From: Candidatus Hydrogenedentota bacterium
GTDB taxonomy: Bacteria; Hydrogenedentota; Hydrogenedentia; Hydrogenedentales; SLHB01
Length of the DNA: 64,000 nt
Direction of reading: 5' to 3'
NCBI GenBank assembly: GCA_963668025.2
Contig: CAXXTH010000008.1
Coordinates: forward strand, 64,001-128,000
The position numbers and the translations under genes are program-made. The notes under the pieces are model-generated. The model saw only the letters and a program-made list of their open reading frames with translations. It ran no database searches and was not told the origin of the DNA. Of this stretch, positions 47,393-57,540 are shown in pieces. The stretch's first letter is position 1. Each line of letters opens with the position of its first letter.

Positions 47393-50300
47393 ATGAACAC
47401 CAAAGTCCGTGCGCTGATTTGGGAAGAATGCCGCGTCTCCGGCGTGCTGGCGATATATAACCTGGCTTTGGGCGCGTTGCTACTAGCGCTCTCCTGGCTG
47501 GGCGATTATGGATATGAATGGAATTTCTACAGGGGATTCGCGTCGTGTATCGTGCTAGGCATTCCCCTCCTGAGCGTTATGCTCTTCACCCTGGGCGTGA
47601 ACAACTCCGGCCATCTCACGGCGGGCTTTCCCCGTCGCATCCTCAATCTTCCCGTGCGGACCAGCGCCGCCGTTTCGATCACACTGACCATGCGTACGCT
47701 CTTCTTGCTCCTGCTTGGATTCGGATTGCTGGGCGTCTGCGCCTTGCGTTTCGGCAGGGCTCCCTGGAGCGCCGCTATTCTGTTCATTGTGTCGCTGTAT
47801 ATATGCGTCCAGATGCTCGACTGGGTGCGCCAGCCTATATCTGGAATGGCGAGTCTGCTCATTCTGTTCCTGCTGGCCCTGCTCGTTCTAATGCTGGGCA
47901 ATATGATGGATGTAATACGTTCCTTTAAACAAACGGGCTTCTTTTCGGAACTTGATATATCAACTTACTGGGCCTCTGTGCGTCTATGCGTGTTATATGC
48001 CGCAGGGCTTGTCATCTCCATTGTTGCTGTGCGCGCCACCCGGCGCGGCAAGCGCGTCGGCCCGCCCGAACTATGGGAACTGCCCGCTCTATGGTCACAG
48101 CACCGCCATGCCCGGCAAGAACCGTTCTCTTCACCAATGGACGCCGCGGTATGGTTCGAGCGCAAACGCTCGCCACTCGTCATGCCCGGGCTTACGCTGT
48201 TGATTTTCTCCATGCTATTTACAGCCATATGGCTCGGTACGGACAGAGTGAAGGACACGAGTGCCAATCCAGACTGGACTATCTACAGCAGCCTGGATTG
48301 CGTCCTTCTTGGCTCTTTTCTATTAGCGGCTATGGGATACGGTTTATATCGTGGAGCTTTCAGGCGGAAGCACATTTCCACACCTCGCATGCTCCCGTAC
48401 CTCTATCCCGCCACGGCAGCAGAGATAACCAGCGCGCGCATCCGGGCAGGCGCGCTCCAGGCTGGCATGGCTCTGCTTCTGATCGGATTGCTTTATCAAG
48501 GCAGCTTTCTACTGCGTTATGATGGGTTAGCGTCGAGCGTGTTCTCAGCCGCCCTACGGGAAGGCTATGTCTCTTGGCGCGAAGTGCTCTGGTCTTTCTT
48601 ATCGCCCCTTTTCCTCACGGGCCTGGTGGCTTGGGCGTTTCTGTCGCCCAACTGGCTCTTCTGGATTGCCTATATCTTCTTGCCCATAGGAGCCTCCATT
48701 TTAGTGGTTATTTGCGGATTCGAGGATGTAGATGGCGTCATGAATGCAGCCAATTGCCTGGTGATCATTAGCGCCATCACACTTGCTGCGATTCTGGCAT
48801 GGCGCAAAGGCCTGATGCAAGGCCGCACGCTCGCGGAAGTTTTCGGCGTTTGGCTGCTGCTGGCTTGGCTGCTCTATCCCATGGATGTGATGGCGTCAAT
48901 TGATTCTAAAGCTATATCAGCATATAACATGCTACAGTTGTTGTTATCAAGCCTGGCGTGGGCCAGCCTCGGGCCCATGCCGTTTATCGGCACCCTCATC
49001 TTCTCGAATGCCATGCGGCACAGTGGACTCAATTGCCGCCAAGATCCCCGGCAGCACACGCGCCGCCCTTCAGGCCACCGCGTCCGGAACGCCTTGGCGA
49101 TAGCAGCAGTGATTGCGTTAAGCCTGTGGTTCAAATGGCCCGTGGAACCCGCCTGGCGCACCTATCTGCATGAAAAAGGTTTCACTACATCCACTCATGA
49201 ACTCCATGCGCGCCGCGAACCAGTGCCCGATGATGAAAACTTAGCGCTACGCTACAAAGCCGCAGGAGAAAAATTCGATGCCTGCACAGCAGAATTGGAA
49301 GCACGGCTAGATGCGGATCAGACCCACTATACAGATTCCTACGGCCAGTCAATCAGCGCGTTTGATCACTTCATGGAACAATTGCCCATCGTTGGTAAAG
49401 GGCTTCAGAGTCTCTCAAACCTTCCGATATCGCCGGAGCAAGTGCCAATCACCCGGATCTATTGGGATGCCGTGGGCAAAGAAGTAGCTCCCATGTTGCA
49501 CGCGGCGGCGGCATCCGGTTTGACGCGCGGCTATAACCCGGATCCCAGCGAGTATTCGCCATCCGATGACTACATAACCTATCTCAACAAGGCTCGAACA
49601 CTAGGCCCTCTACTCAACCTGGAAGCGCTCTGGGCTTGCGTGGAGAACCGCCCGCACGATGCCGTCCAAGCCATTAATGCCATTTACCCGCTTTCATTCG
49701 CTCTAAGACAGGATAAACTAATACTGTCATATATAAATGCAGACGTTCTAATGCGCATGGGCATCAATGCACTTGAAAGCACACTCCATGGCATTGTCTT
49801 GAGTGATTCAGAGCTGGTTTCGCTGGACCATTCCCTGCCATCCGCGCAAGCCATGGAACAGGACGACGCACTCCAGCAATTCCTTATAGGCGAATCCATG
49901 AAATTCCTCAATCTTTACGCTCACGGCTGGATTGAAGACGATCTTTTTCAAAATATGACAGACGCCCTTCCCATGCCTTGGAGGCTTGTGAAACCACCAC
50001 TTTTCGAGGATGCTTTTTTGCTTCATGAAATTAACAAGAATAGCAACCGGAGTTTCCCGCTGGTTGGCGATAGAAACGAAGAACAAACGGACGAAAACGA
50101 TTCCACACGCGCCTACATATATAAATGGATGCGTGTTTCCGGCTATTTCGGAGTCGAATGGCGCGCCCGAACCTATCTTGACCTTGCCCACATCGGAATA
50201 GCAGTCGAGCGCTACCGCCTGGCTACGGGCCATTTCCCTGAAAAACTGGAGGAACTGGTGCCCACCTATATCAGCACCATTCCTCAAGACCCCTATACCC

Positions 50301-50497
50301 AAATGGCCGCACCATTGCGGTATCTGCTTAAACCAGACGGCTCATGTATCGTCTACAGCGTGTTTGAAGACGGAACAGACGACAACGGCGCTTCTTTTGA
50401 CAGAGGAACTGAGAAAGGCGATCTGATTTTCACACTCCTGCCGCCCGAGCAACGCACGACAGTGACGCCTGCAACAAACAATGCGGATGGAGTATGA
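47393..50497 (+). CDS. Tandem paralog 1: multi-TM permease-like domain plus extracytoplasmic domain with GspG-like C-terminal motif
   Basis: MNTKVRALIWEECR start, about a dozen hydrophobic segments, and AVERYRLATGHFPEKLEELVP.Y...P.DPY...YSV..DG.DD.G. Confidence 0.8.
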   Translation: MNTKVRALIWEECRVSGVLAIYNLALGALLLALSWLGDYGYEWNFYRGFASCIVLGIPLLSVMLFTLGVNNSGHLTAGFPRRILNLPVRTSAAVSITLTMRTLFLLLLGFGLLGVCALRFGRAPWSAAILFIVSLYICVQMLDWVRQPISGMASLLILFLLALLVLMLGNMMDVIRSFKQTGFFSELDISTYWASVRLCVLYAAGLVISIVAVRATRRGKRVGPPELWELPALWSQHRHARQEPFSSPMDAAVWFERKRSPLVMPGLTLLIFSMLFTAIWLGTDRVKDTSANPDWTIYSSLDCVLLGSFLLAAMGYGLYRGAFRRKHISTPRMLPYLYPATAAEITSARIRAGALQAGMALLLIGLLYQGSFLLRYDGLASSVFSAALREGYVSWREVLWSFLSPLFLTGLVAWAFLSPNWLFWIAYIFLPIGASILVVICGFEDVDGVMNAANCLVIISAITLAAILAWRKGLMQGRTLAEVFGVWLLLAWLLYPMDVMASIDSKAISAYNMLQLLLSSLAWASLGPMPFIGTLIFSNAMRHSGLNCRQDPRQHTRRPSGHRVRNALAIAAVIALSLWFKWPVEPAWRTYLHEKGFTTSTHELHARREPVPDDENLALRYKAAGEKFDACTAELEARLDADQTHYTDSYGQSISAFDHFMEQLPIVGKGLQSLSNLPISPEQVPITRIYWDAVGKEVAPMLHAAAASGLTRGYNPDPSEYSPSDDYITYLNKARTLGPLLNLEALWACVENRPHDAVQAINAIYPLSFALRQDKLILSYINADVLMRMGINALESTLHGIVLSDSELVSLDHSLPSAQAMEQDDALQQFLIGESMKFLNLYAHGWIEDDLFQNMTDALPMPWRLVKPPLFEDAFLLHEINKNSNRSFPLVGDRNEEQTDENDSTRAYIYKWMRVSGYFGVEWRARTYLDLAHIGIAVERYRLATGHFPEKLEELVPTYISTIPQDPYTQMAAPLRYLLKPDGSCIVYSVFEDGTDDNGASFDRGTEKGDLIFTLLPPEQRTTVTPATNNADGV

Positions 50498-50605
50498 CCA
50501 TGCATAATCGATACTTATTGTAAAGGTGTGTTATTTTATTATTGAAGTGTAAAAATAAATAACTTATACATATATACAGAATAAAAAACACGAAGCCACT
50601 AATCT

Positions 50606-50780
50606 GTCATCCCCGCGAAAGCGGGGATCCAGGACATTTGCGCTGGATTCCTGCTTTCGCGGGAATGACAACGAGGTAGATTATGGGGTTTTATACAACT
50701 GATGTTATTACGCAGTGGAACACGTTCACCATGCACGTTGCTTTTTTTAGCGCGCCCAAGAACAGCTCCAATTGAGTTGC
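50606..50780. repeat. REP-like palindromic doublet plus tail, copy 2
   Basis: GTCATCCCCGCGAAAGCGGGGATCCAG-N10-CTGGATTCCTGCTTTCGCGGGAATGAC (50606-50669). The tail aligns with 17378-17487. Confidence 0.85.
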
Positions 50781-50917
50781 ATTTATGACTCGTTACGGCG
50801 AATGGTGCGTTAGCATCCGTATAACTTGAAAGTGCTTCAACGAAACCAGAGTGGGAGAGGCCTTCTTCCAAAAGAAGGTTCTCCCCAGTGGAAGCAGTAC
50901 AACGGGAGGTTTTCCCC

Positions 50918-53900
50918 ATGAACACCAAAGTGCGCGCATTGATTTGGGAAGAATGCCGTGTCTCCGGCGTGCTGGCCCTGGTTTGCTTCTCCTTGGGCGT
51001 CTTGATCCTGGTTGTCTCGATGCTTGGAGACGATCCCTATACGTGGTGGTACTACAAAGACTACGCCTTACTGGTCGTACTGGGTATTCCTATGGTATGC
51101 GCCCTGTTGTTTGTCCTGGGCCTAGATTACTCCGGCCATCTCACCGCAGGCTTTCCCCGGCGCATCCTCAACCTGCCTGTACAGACCCATACCACGGTCG
51201 CGATTACATTCACTCTTCGCACGTTCTTTATGTTTCTCCTTGGGCTAGGATTGCTGGGCGCTTGCGCCGTACGTTTCGGACAAGCGCCCTGGCTTTCCAG
51301 CATTCTGCTGATCATTACGTTATATTTGTGTATTCAGGTGCTCGATTGGCTGCGCCAGCCTATCTCCGGCCTGGCAAGCGCAATCATCCTTGCACTGCTG
51401 GGGCTATTAGTCCTGGCATTGGGTAACTTTGAAGTACTCATTAATCACTTTGCCAAACAGAATCTGGGTATCCTTGAGGCTTCCATAGCACTATGTACAT
51501 TGTATGTGCTTGGACTCGGCGTCTCGATTGCCGCCGTAAGCGCCACCCGGCGCGGCAAACGCGTCGGCCCGCCGGAACTCTGGGAACTGCCCGCTTTGTG
51601 GACACAAAACCGCCACGCCCGCCAAGAGCCGTTCGCATCACCCATGGACGCCGCGGTATGGTTCGAGCGCAGCCGTTCACCGTTTGTCATGCCCGGCCTT
51701 ACGCTGTTAATTTTCACCATGCTATTCGCGGCGATGTGGCTCGGTACGGACAGAGCAACGGGAACGAGTTTCAATAACGGTTTTCCAGACTGGACTATTT
51801 ACAGCAGCTTGGATTGCGCCCTTCTTGGTTCGTTCCTATTAGCGGCCATCGGATACGGCCTGTACCGGGGAGCTTTCTGGTGGAAGCGCGTTTCCACGCC
51901 ACGCATGATCCCGTTTCTCTATCCCGCCACGGCGGGGGAAATCACCCACGCGCACCTGCGCGCAGCCGCGATTCAGGTGGGCACGGTTTTGCTCTTGGTT
52001 GGGCTGATTTTCCAAGGCAGTTTTCTGCTACGTCACGGCGGTTTCACGTCGAGCGTGTTCACGGCCGCCCTGCGAGAAGGCTATGTCTCCTGGCGCGAGT
52101 TGATATGGTCCTTTCTTGCACCGATTCTCCTGACCGGCCTTATGGCGTGGGCTTTTCTATCGCCCAATTGGCTCTGGGGAGCCTATATCTTCTTGCCCAT
52201 AGGAGCCTCCATTTTACTGGTTATTTGCGGATTCGATAACGTGGATGGCGTCATGAATGCGGCCATTTGTCTGTCCATCATCGCCGTCATCGCACTTGCA
52301 GCGATTCTGGCCTGGCGCAAAGGGCTGATGGCTGGCCGCACCCTCGTGGGGCTCTTCGGCATTTGGCTGCTGCTGGCTTGGCTGCTTTTCCCCATGGACC
52401 TGGTGGCGACCATCGGGGCGCAAGATGTCACCAGATACGACCTGCTGCAATTGGGATTGACGAGCCTGGCATGGGCCAGCCTCGGGCCCATGCCATACAT
52501 TGGCATCCTCATTTTCACCAATAGGCTGCGCCACGGCAAGAGGAATTACCCGCAAAATCCCAGTCTGCACAAGCGCCGCCCATCAGGCCACCGCGTCCGG
52601 AACGCCTTGGCGATAGTAGGAGTGATTGCGTTAAGCCTGTGGCTCAAATGGCCCATGGAACCCACCTGGCGCATGTATCTCCATCAAAAAGGATTTGCCA
52701 CCTCTATCCGGGAACTCAACGCACGCTATCCGGAAGTGCCGGACGATGAGAATCTGGCGCTGCGTTACCGGACGGCCTGGGAGAAACTCGACGCCTGTGC
52801 AGCGGAACTGAAAACGCAACAAAACGCTGATCACACCCAATATACAGATTCTAATGGAATTCCAAGCGACGCGGCTACGCTCTTTATGCAGCAATTGCCG
52901 ATCATGGGTTTTGCCGATGTTCGTTCAGATGCTCCCATGACGCCGGAGCAAACGCAAGCCATCCGAACCTACTGGGACGCCGTGGGGAAACACGTGGCTC
53001 CCATGCTGCACGCGGCGGCGGAATCCGGCTTGACCCGCAGCTTTTATAGTCCAGTAGATCCTATGGGAGCGGTTGTGTCGGGAGGCCATCTCGCTAGAAC
53101 TCGAGAATTAGCCCGTTTGCTCAGCCTTGAAGCGCTGTTAGCGTGTGTGGAGAACCGCCCGCACGACGCCGCCCAAGCTATTTGCGCCATTTACCCATTG
53201 TCATTCACGGCGCGGCAAGAACCGCTGATTATCTCTCACCTCGTCTCAGTGGCGATCATGAGCATAGGGGCTGGCGCGCTTGAAGACACATGCAAAAGCA
53301 TTGCCTTGGATGATTCGGCTCTTGCCGCCTTGGACCATTGTTTGCCATCCGCACGAACCTTGGAACAGAGCTATCAGCTCGAACAAGCCATAGTGGGGGA
53401 ATCGGCATATTCTCTTAATTACCAATCTCAACTCTGGTTTGGAGTGAATCACCACTTTTCAACAAAGGATATGTTTTTCCTCACGCTTTTGCAGGTGTTT
53501 TGGCAGCCTCATTATGAAGAGATCTTCTTTATTCATGAGTTTAACGAAAAAAATGGAAGAAAATATCCCGTCATTGAAGCAGGAAATCAAGGACCCGTTG
53601 CAAAATGCGATTTGACTCGCGTTTTCTTCTTCCAATTGCTCAGTAATCTTCGTGTCGTAAACGCTGAATGGCGAATCCGCACCATGATGGATCTTGCCCA
53701 TGTTGGGATTGCAGTCGAGCGCTATCGACTGGCGGCGGGCCACTTCCCCGAAAAACTAGAAGAACTGGTTCCGGCCTATATCAGCGCCGTACCCTTGGAT
53801 CCCTATACGCAAATGGCCGAACCATTGCGATACCTGGCCAAACCAGACGGCTCGTACATCATCTACAGTGTATATGAGGATGGAGAAGATGAGAAAGGTG

Positions 53901-54022
53901 CGCCCTATAGCTATAACGGAAAGGATAGAAAAGGCGACCTGTCTTTCACCCTCTTGCCGCCCGAGAAGCGCATGGCGACGGCCTACCTCATGGACCAACC
54001 ATTAAAAAACGTAGCGCCGTGA
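50918..54022 (+). CDS. Tandem paralog 2 (permease-like plus GspG-like motif)
   Basis: Same architecture and motifs as paralog 1. ATG 50918 follows GGGAGG. Confidence 0.8.
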   Translation: MNTKVRALIWEECRVSGVLALVCFSLGVLILVVSMLGDDPYTWWYYKDYALLVVLGIPMVCALLFVLGLDYSGHLTAGFPRRILNLPVQTHTTVAITFTLRTFFMFLLGLGLLGACAVRFGQAPWLSSILLIITLYLCIQVLDWLRQPISGLASAIILALLGLLVLALGNFEVLINHFAKQNLGILEASIALCTLYVLGLGVSIAAVSATRRGKRVGPPELWELPALWTQNRHARQEPFASPMDAAVWFERSRSPFVMPGLTLLIFTMLFAAMWLGTDRATGTSFNNGFPDWTIYSSLDCALLGSFLLAAIGYGLYRGAFWWKRVSTPRMIPFLYPATAGEITHAHLRAAAIQVGTVLLLVGLIFQGSFLLRHGGFTSSVFTAALREGYVSWRELIWSFLAPILLTGLMAWAFLSPNWLWGAYIFLPIGASILLVICGFDNVDGVMNAAICLSIIAVIALAAILAWRKGLMAGRTLVGLFGIWLLLAWLLFPMDLVATIGAQDVTRYDLLQLGLTSLAWASLGPMPYIGILIFTNRLRHGKRNYPQNPSLHKRRPSGHRVRNALAIVGVIALSLWLKWPMEPTWRMYLHQKGFATSIRELNARYPEVPDDENLALRYRTAWEKLDACAAELKTQQNADHTQYTDSNGIPSDAATLFMQQLPIMGFADVRSDAPMTPEQTQAIRTYWDAVGKHVAPMLHAAAESGLTRSFYSPVDPMGAVVSGGHLARTRELARLLSLEALLACVENRPHDAAQAICAIYPLSFTARQEPLIISHLVSVAIMSIGAGALEDTCKSIALDDSALAALDHCLPSARTLEQSYQLEQAIVGESAYSLNYQSQLWFGVNHHFSTKDMFFLTLLQVFWQPHYEEIFFIHEFNEKNGRKYPVIEAGNQGPVAKCDLTRVFFFQLLSNLRVVNAEWRIRTMMDLAHVGIAVERYRLAAGHFPEKLEELVPAYISAVPLDPYTQMAEPLRYLAKPDGSYIIYSVYEDGEDEKGAPYSYNGKDRKGDLSFTLLPPEKRMATAYLMDQPLKNVAP

Positions 54023-54207
54023 AGAAGGCGTTACCGTGGTGAATATCCAGAGAATTCACTACGCAGGACACAGAGATCATAGAGAGCGGGAATGACGGAA
54101 CTGCATTTCAACACTTGAACGTAAATGAACAAAACCAGAGTGGGAGAGCCCCTCTTCCAAAAGAAGGTTTCTCCCCAGTGGAAGCAATACAACGGGAGGT
54201 TTTCCCC

Positions 54208-57200
54208 ATGAACACCAAAGTGCGCGCATTGATATGGGAAGAGTGCCGCGTCTCCGGCGTGCTCGCCCTACATAATCTAGTGCTGGGGGCCTTGCTCTTG
54301 GTATTTTCGTTCTACGCATATGAACACGATTCGCCTTTATGGGGTGATTATGAAGATGCCGCTTTCTTTATCGTAATTGGATTTCCCCTGATGAGCGCCG
54401 TGCTATTCGTCTTGGGCAAAGATAACACCGGCCATCTCATCATGGGATTCCCCAAGCGCATTCTCCATCTGCCCGTGCATACCCATACCACCGTTGCGAT
54501 CACACTTACATTTCGTATGCTCTTTTTATTGTTGCTCGGATTCGGATTACAGAGCGTATGCACATTGCGTTTTGGCGTAGCGCCCTGGAACGCCAACATC
54601 CTGTTCATTATGTCACTGTATCTACTCATACAGGTTTTCGATTGGCTGCGCCAGCTCATATCCGGCCTTGCAAGCGTGCTCGCTATCGCATTGTTAGCCA
54701 TTCTCGTGTTGGTCTTGGGCAACATGAAGAACATCATGCAAAGCTTATTACAAGCGGATTTGAATACATTTTGGGCTTTTATTTGCATATGTGCGTTATA
54801 CGCCGCCGGACTCGGCGTCTCGATTTGGGCCGTGCGAGCCACCCGGCGCGGCAAACGCTTTGGCCCGCCCGAACTCTGGGAACTGCCCGCCCTGTGGACA
54901 CAAAATCGCCCCGCCCGGCAAGAGCCGTTCGCTTCACCCATGGACGCTGCGGTGTGGTTCGAGCGCAAACGCTCCCTCCTTCTGATGCCCACGCTCACGT
55001 TACTGTTTTTTAGCCTCCTACTCGCCGTGATATGGATAGGCACGGATGATGTAAAGCCGCCGCGTATGTGGGATAACTATGACCTCTTTACTTCCGATTG
55101 GACTATTTACAGCAGTCTCTATTGCGCCTTTCTTGGCTCTTTCCTCTTAGCCTCTGCGGGATACGGTATATACCGTGGCGCTTTCTGGCGAAGGCGTGCC
55201 GCCTCCACACAGATGATTCCATATCTTTGTCCCACGACCACGGCGGAGATCACGGCCTCGCGCATGTTTGCGGGAGCGCTCCAGGCTGGAATGGTCCTTT
55301 TTGTGATGGGTTTGCTCTACCACGGCGTCTTTCTGGCGCGGTACGATGGGTTCGCGTTCCGCGTGTTCACCAGTGCTCTTCACGAAGGCTTTCTCTCCTG
55401 GCGCGAACTCAGTTGGGCCTTTCTCTCTCCATTGGTATTAGTGGGCCTTGTCGCATGGGCCTTTTTATGGCCCAGTTGGCTGATATGGCTTTATATCGAC
55501 GCTGTTATCATCATATATTTCTTCGGTGCCTCGCATGTGGGCGGCTTGGTCAACATATTGAGCTGTTCCTTTATCATTGTGGGTATCGCATCGGCGGCTG
55601 TATACGCTTGGTTTAGAGGACTGATGTCCAATCGCCATGCCGCCTGGCTATTTGGAGCCTGGCTGTTGCTGGCGTGGCTCGTGTTCCCTGTGGATGCCAT
55701 GGCATTCTCCGGCCGTGCAGGCTTGTCCGCTTACGCGTGGCTTCAAATCGGCCTTCTGAGTTTGGCTTTGGCCAGCCTGGGGCCCATGCCCTATATCGGC
55801 ATGCTCCTGCATACGAACGAGAAGCGTCATAGTCAGAAATGTACACAAAATCCTCTCCAGCACAAGAGGCGTCGCTCCGGCCATGGCGCACGAAACCTGG
55901 CGGCGGTGGCTGGTGTAGTCGTATTCTGTCTATGGCTTAGATGGCCCATAGAGCCTACCTGGGAGGCGTATTTGCATCAACGGGGTTTCCCCACCACCAT
56001 CCAAGAGCTCTACGCCATGTATGGGCCGATCCCGGATGACGAGAACCTGGCGTTACCGTACAAGGCGGCCTGGGAAAAATACGATGCCTACGAGAAAAGA
56101 CTGGCTGCGGAACTAGATACCGGCCCTACTCATTATACAAATGAGATCGGCGTCCCGATCAGTGCGTCCCTGTATTTCCGAGATCAGCTTCCCTATCTCG
56201 GCAGCGTCGAAGTGGACGACGGCCCGATAACAACCGAGCAGGCACAGATTGCACGCCGGTATTGGCAGGAAGTAGGCAAGGAAGTAGCCCCCATGCTGCA
56301 CACGGCGGCGGAATCGGGCTTGACGCGCAGTTGTTATTGGGCACCCGCAAACTTCATGGAACAAATATCTCCAAACATCGATCATCATTCAAAAGTTCGC
56401 GCGCTGAGCCGCGTGCTTATGTTTGAAGCATTCATGGCGTGCATGAATCAGGAGCCTCATGAAGCCGCAAAAGCCATCGCCGCCCAGTTCCCGATGGCCT
56501 ACTCATTAGAACAGGAACCAGGGCTCATTTCCTATCTGGTGTCGATTGCAGTGCTGCAAATGGGCGTTGGCTCTCTGGAAGATACACTCAAACACATTTC
56601 CCTGCCTGTAAGTGATCTGCAGTACATCGACAAGTCCCTGCCGGAGCCCGGCGATCTCCAGCATTTGGAACGGGCCGAGTTAGCCGAATCCGTGGATTAT
56701 CTGCGTTATTTCTACGAAGGCCGATTTTTCGGAAAATCCATGACCTCGGAATCCGTTGCCCCTTACCTTCTAGTCTGGCAACTGGCGAAGCCTTCCGTGG
56801 AAGAGGAAATCTTTCTAATACATCGCTTCAACCAAGGGAAAGAAAAAAGACAGGAGCCATACTGTGAAGCGCCTCGGGTATTCCTGTCCAAACTCTCGCT
56901 CAGCATTCAACTGGATGAAGTCGAACGGAATCCACGCACCGGTGTTGCGTTCGCCCGCATCGCAATCGCCATCGAGCGGTATCGTCTAGCTACAGGCCAT
57001 TTTCCGGAACATCTCGAAGAGCTTATTCCGGCCTACATGAAGGAGGTTCCGGAAGACCCCTTCGCGCAGCCGCCCGCGCCAATGCGATACCTGCTCAAAC
57101 CGGACGGCTCGTGCGTCATCTACAGTGTCTCTATGGACCACAAGGACGATGGAGGCGCGTCTTTTAACGGACAAACTGGAGATCGGGCTTTCACGCTCTT

Positions 57201-57258
57201 GCCGCCCGAAAAACGCACGGCGGTGGCTCCAGCAACAAACCATGCGGATGGAGCCTAA
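54208..57258 (+). CDS. Tandem paralog 3 (permease-like plus GspG-like motif)
   Basis: Same architecture. ATG 54208 follows GGGAGG. Confidence 0.8.
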   Translation: MNTKVRALIWEECRVSGVLALHNLVLGALLLVFSFYAYEHDSPLWGDYEDAAFFIVIGFPLMSAVLFVLGKDNTGHLIMGFPKRILHLPVHTHTTVAITLTFRMLFLLLLGFGLQSVCTLRFGVAPWNANILFIMSLYLLIQVFDWLRQLISGLASVLAIALLAILVLVLGNMKNIMQSLLQADLNTFWAFICICALYAAGLGVSIWAVRATRRGKRFGPPELWELPALWTQNRPARQEPFASPMDAAVWFERKRSLLLMPTLTLLFFSLLLAVIWIGTDDVKPPRMWDNYDLFTSDWTIYSSLYCAFLGSFLLASAGYGIYRGAFWRRRAASTQMIPYLCPTTTAEITASRMFAGALQAGMVLFVMGLLYHGVFLARYDGFAFRVFTSALHEGFLSWRELSWAFLSPLVLVGLVAWAFLWPSWLIWLYIDAVIIIYFFGASHVGGLVNILSCSFIIVGIASAAVYAWFRGLMSNRHAAWLFGAWLLLAWLVFPVDAMAFSGRAGLSAYAWLQIGLLSLALASLGPMPYIGMLLHTNEKRHSQKCTQNPLQHKRRRSGHGARNLAAVAGVVVFCLWLRWPIEPTWEAYLHQRGFPTTIQELYAMYGPIPDDENLALPYKAAWEKYDAYEKRLAAELDTGPTHYTNEIGVPISASLYFRDQLPYLGSVEVDDGPITTEQAQIARRYWQEVGKEVAPMLHTAAESGLTRSCYWAPANFMEQISPNIDHHSKVRALSRVLMFEAFMACMNQEPHEAAKAIAAQFPMAYSLEQEPGLISYLVSIAVLQMGVGSLEDTLKHISLPVSDLQYIDKSLPEPGDLQHLERAELAESVDYLRYFYEGRFFGKSMTSESVAPYLLVWQLAKPSVEEEIFLIHRFNQGKEKRQEPYCEAPRVFLSKLSLSIQLDEVERNPRTGVAFARIAIAIERYRLATGHFPEHLEELIPAYMKEVPEDPFAQPPAPMRYLLKPDGSCVIYSVSMDHKDDGGASFNGQTGDRAFTLLPPEKRTAVAPATNHADGA

Positions 57259-57336
57259 TAGTTAAGATTTCCAATAACCGAAGCTGGAAAGCCAAAACCA
57301 GCAGGAGCCGGTGGTATGCACGAAAAAGAGAACAAT

Positions 57337-57422
57337 AAAGCGGGAGCAAGCTACCGCATTCCATACGCGCTCCACGTTTTACTTATATGTAAATTTGGAG
57401 TGCGGCAGCTTGCTGCCGCTTT
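57337..57422. repeat. Inverted REP-like pair
   Basis: AAAGCGGGAGCAAGCTACCGCATTCCA ... TGGAGTGCGGCAGCTTGCTGCCGCTTT, each arm internally palindromic. Confidence 0.75.
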
Positions 57423-57540
57423 GGGCGTGCGGATTCCGCTGGAATGGCCTTTTTTGACCCAACGGCGGCACAAGAGCCTTTTTTGAAAGACCCCTTTCGC
57501 GGGGATAACAGTGGAAGCAGTACAACGGGAGGTTTTCCCC

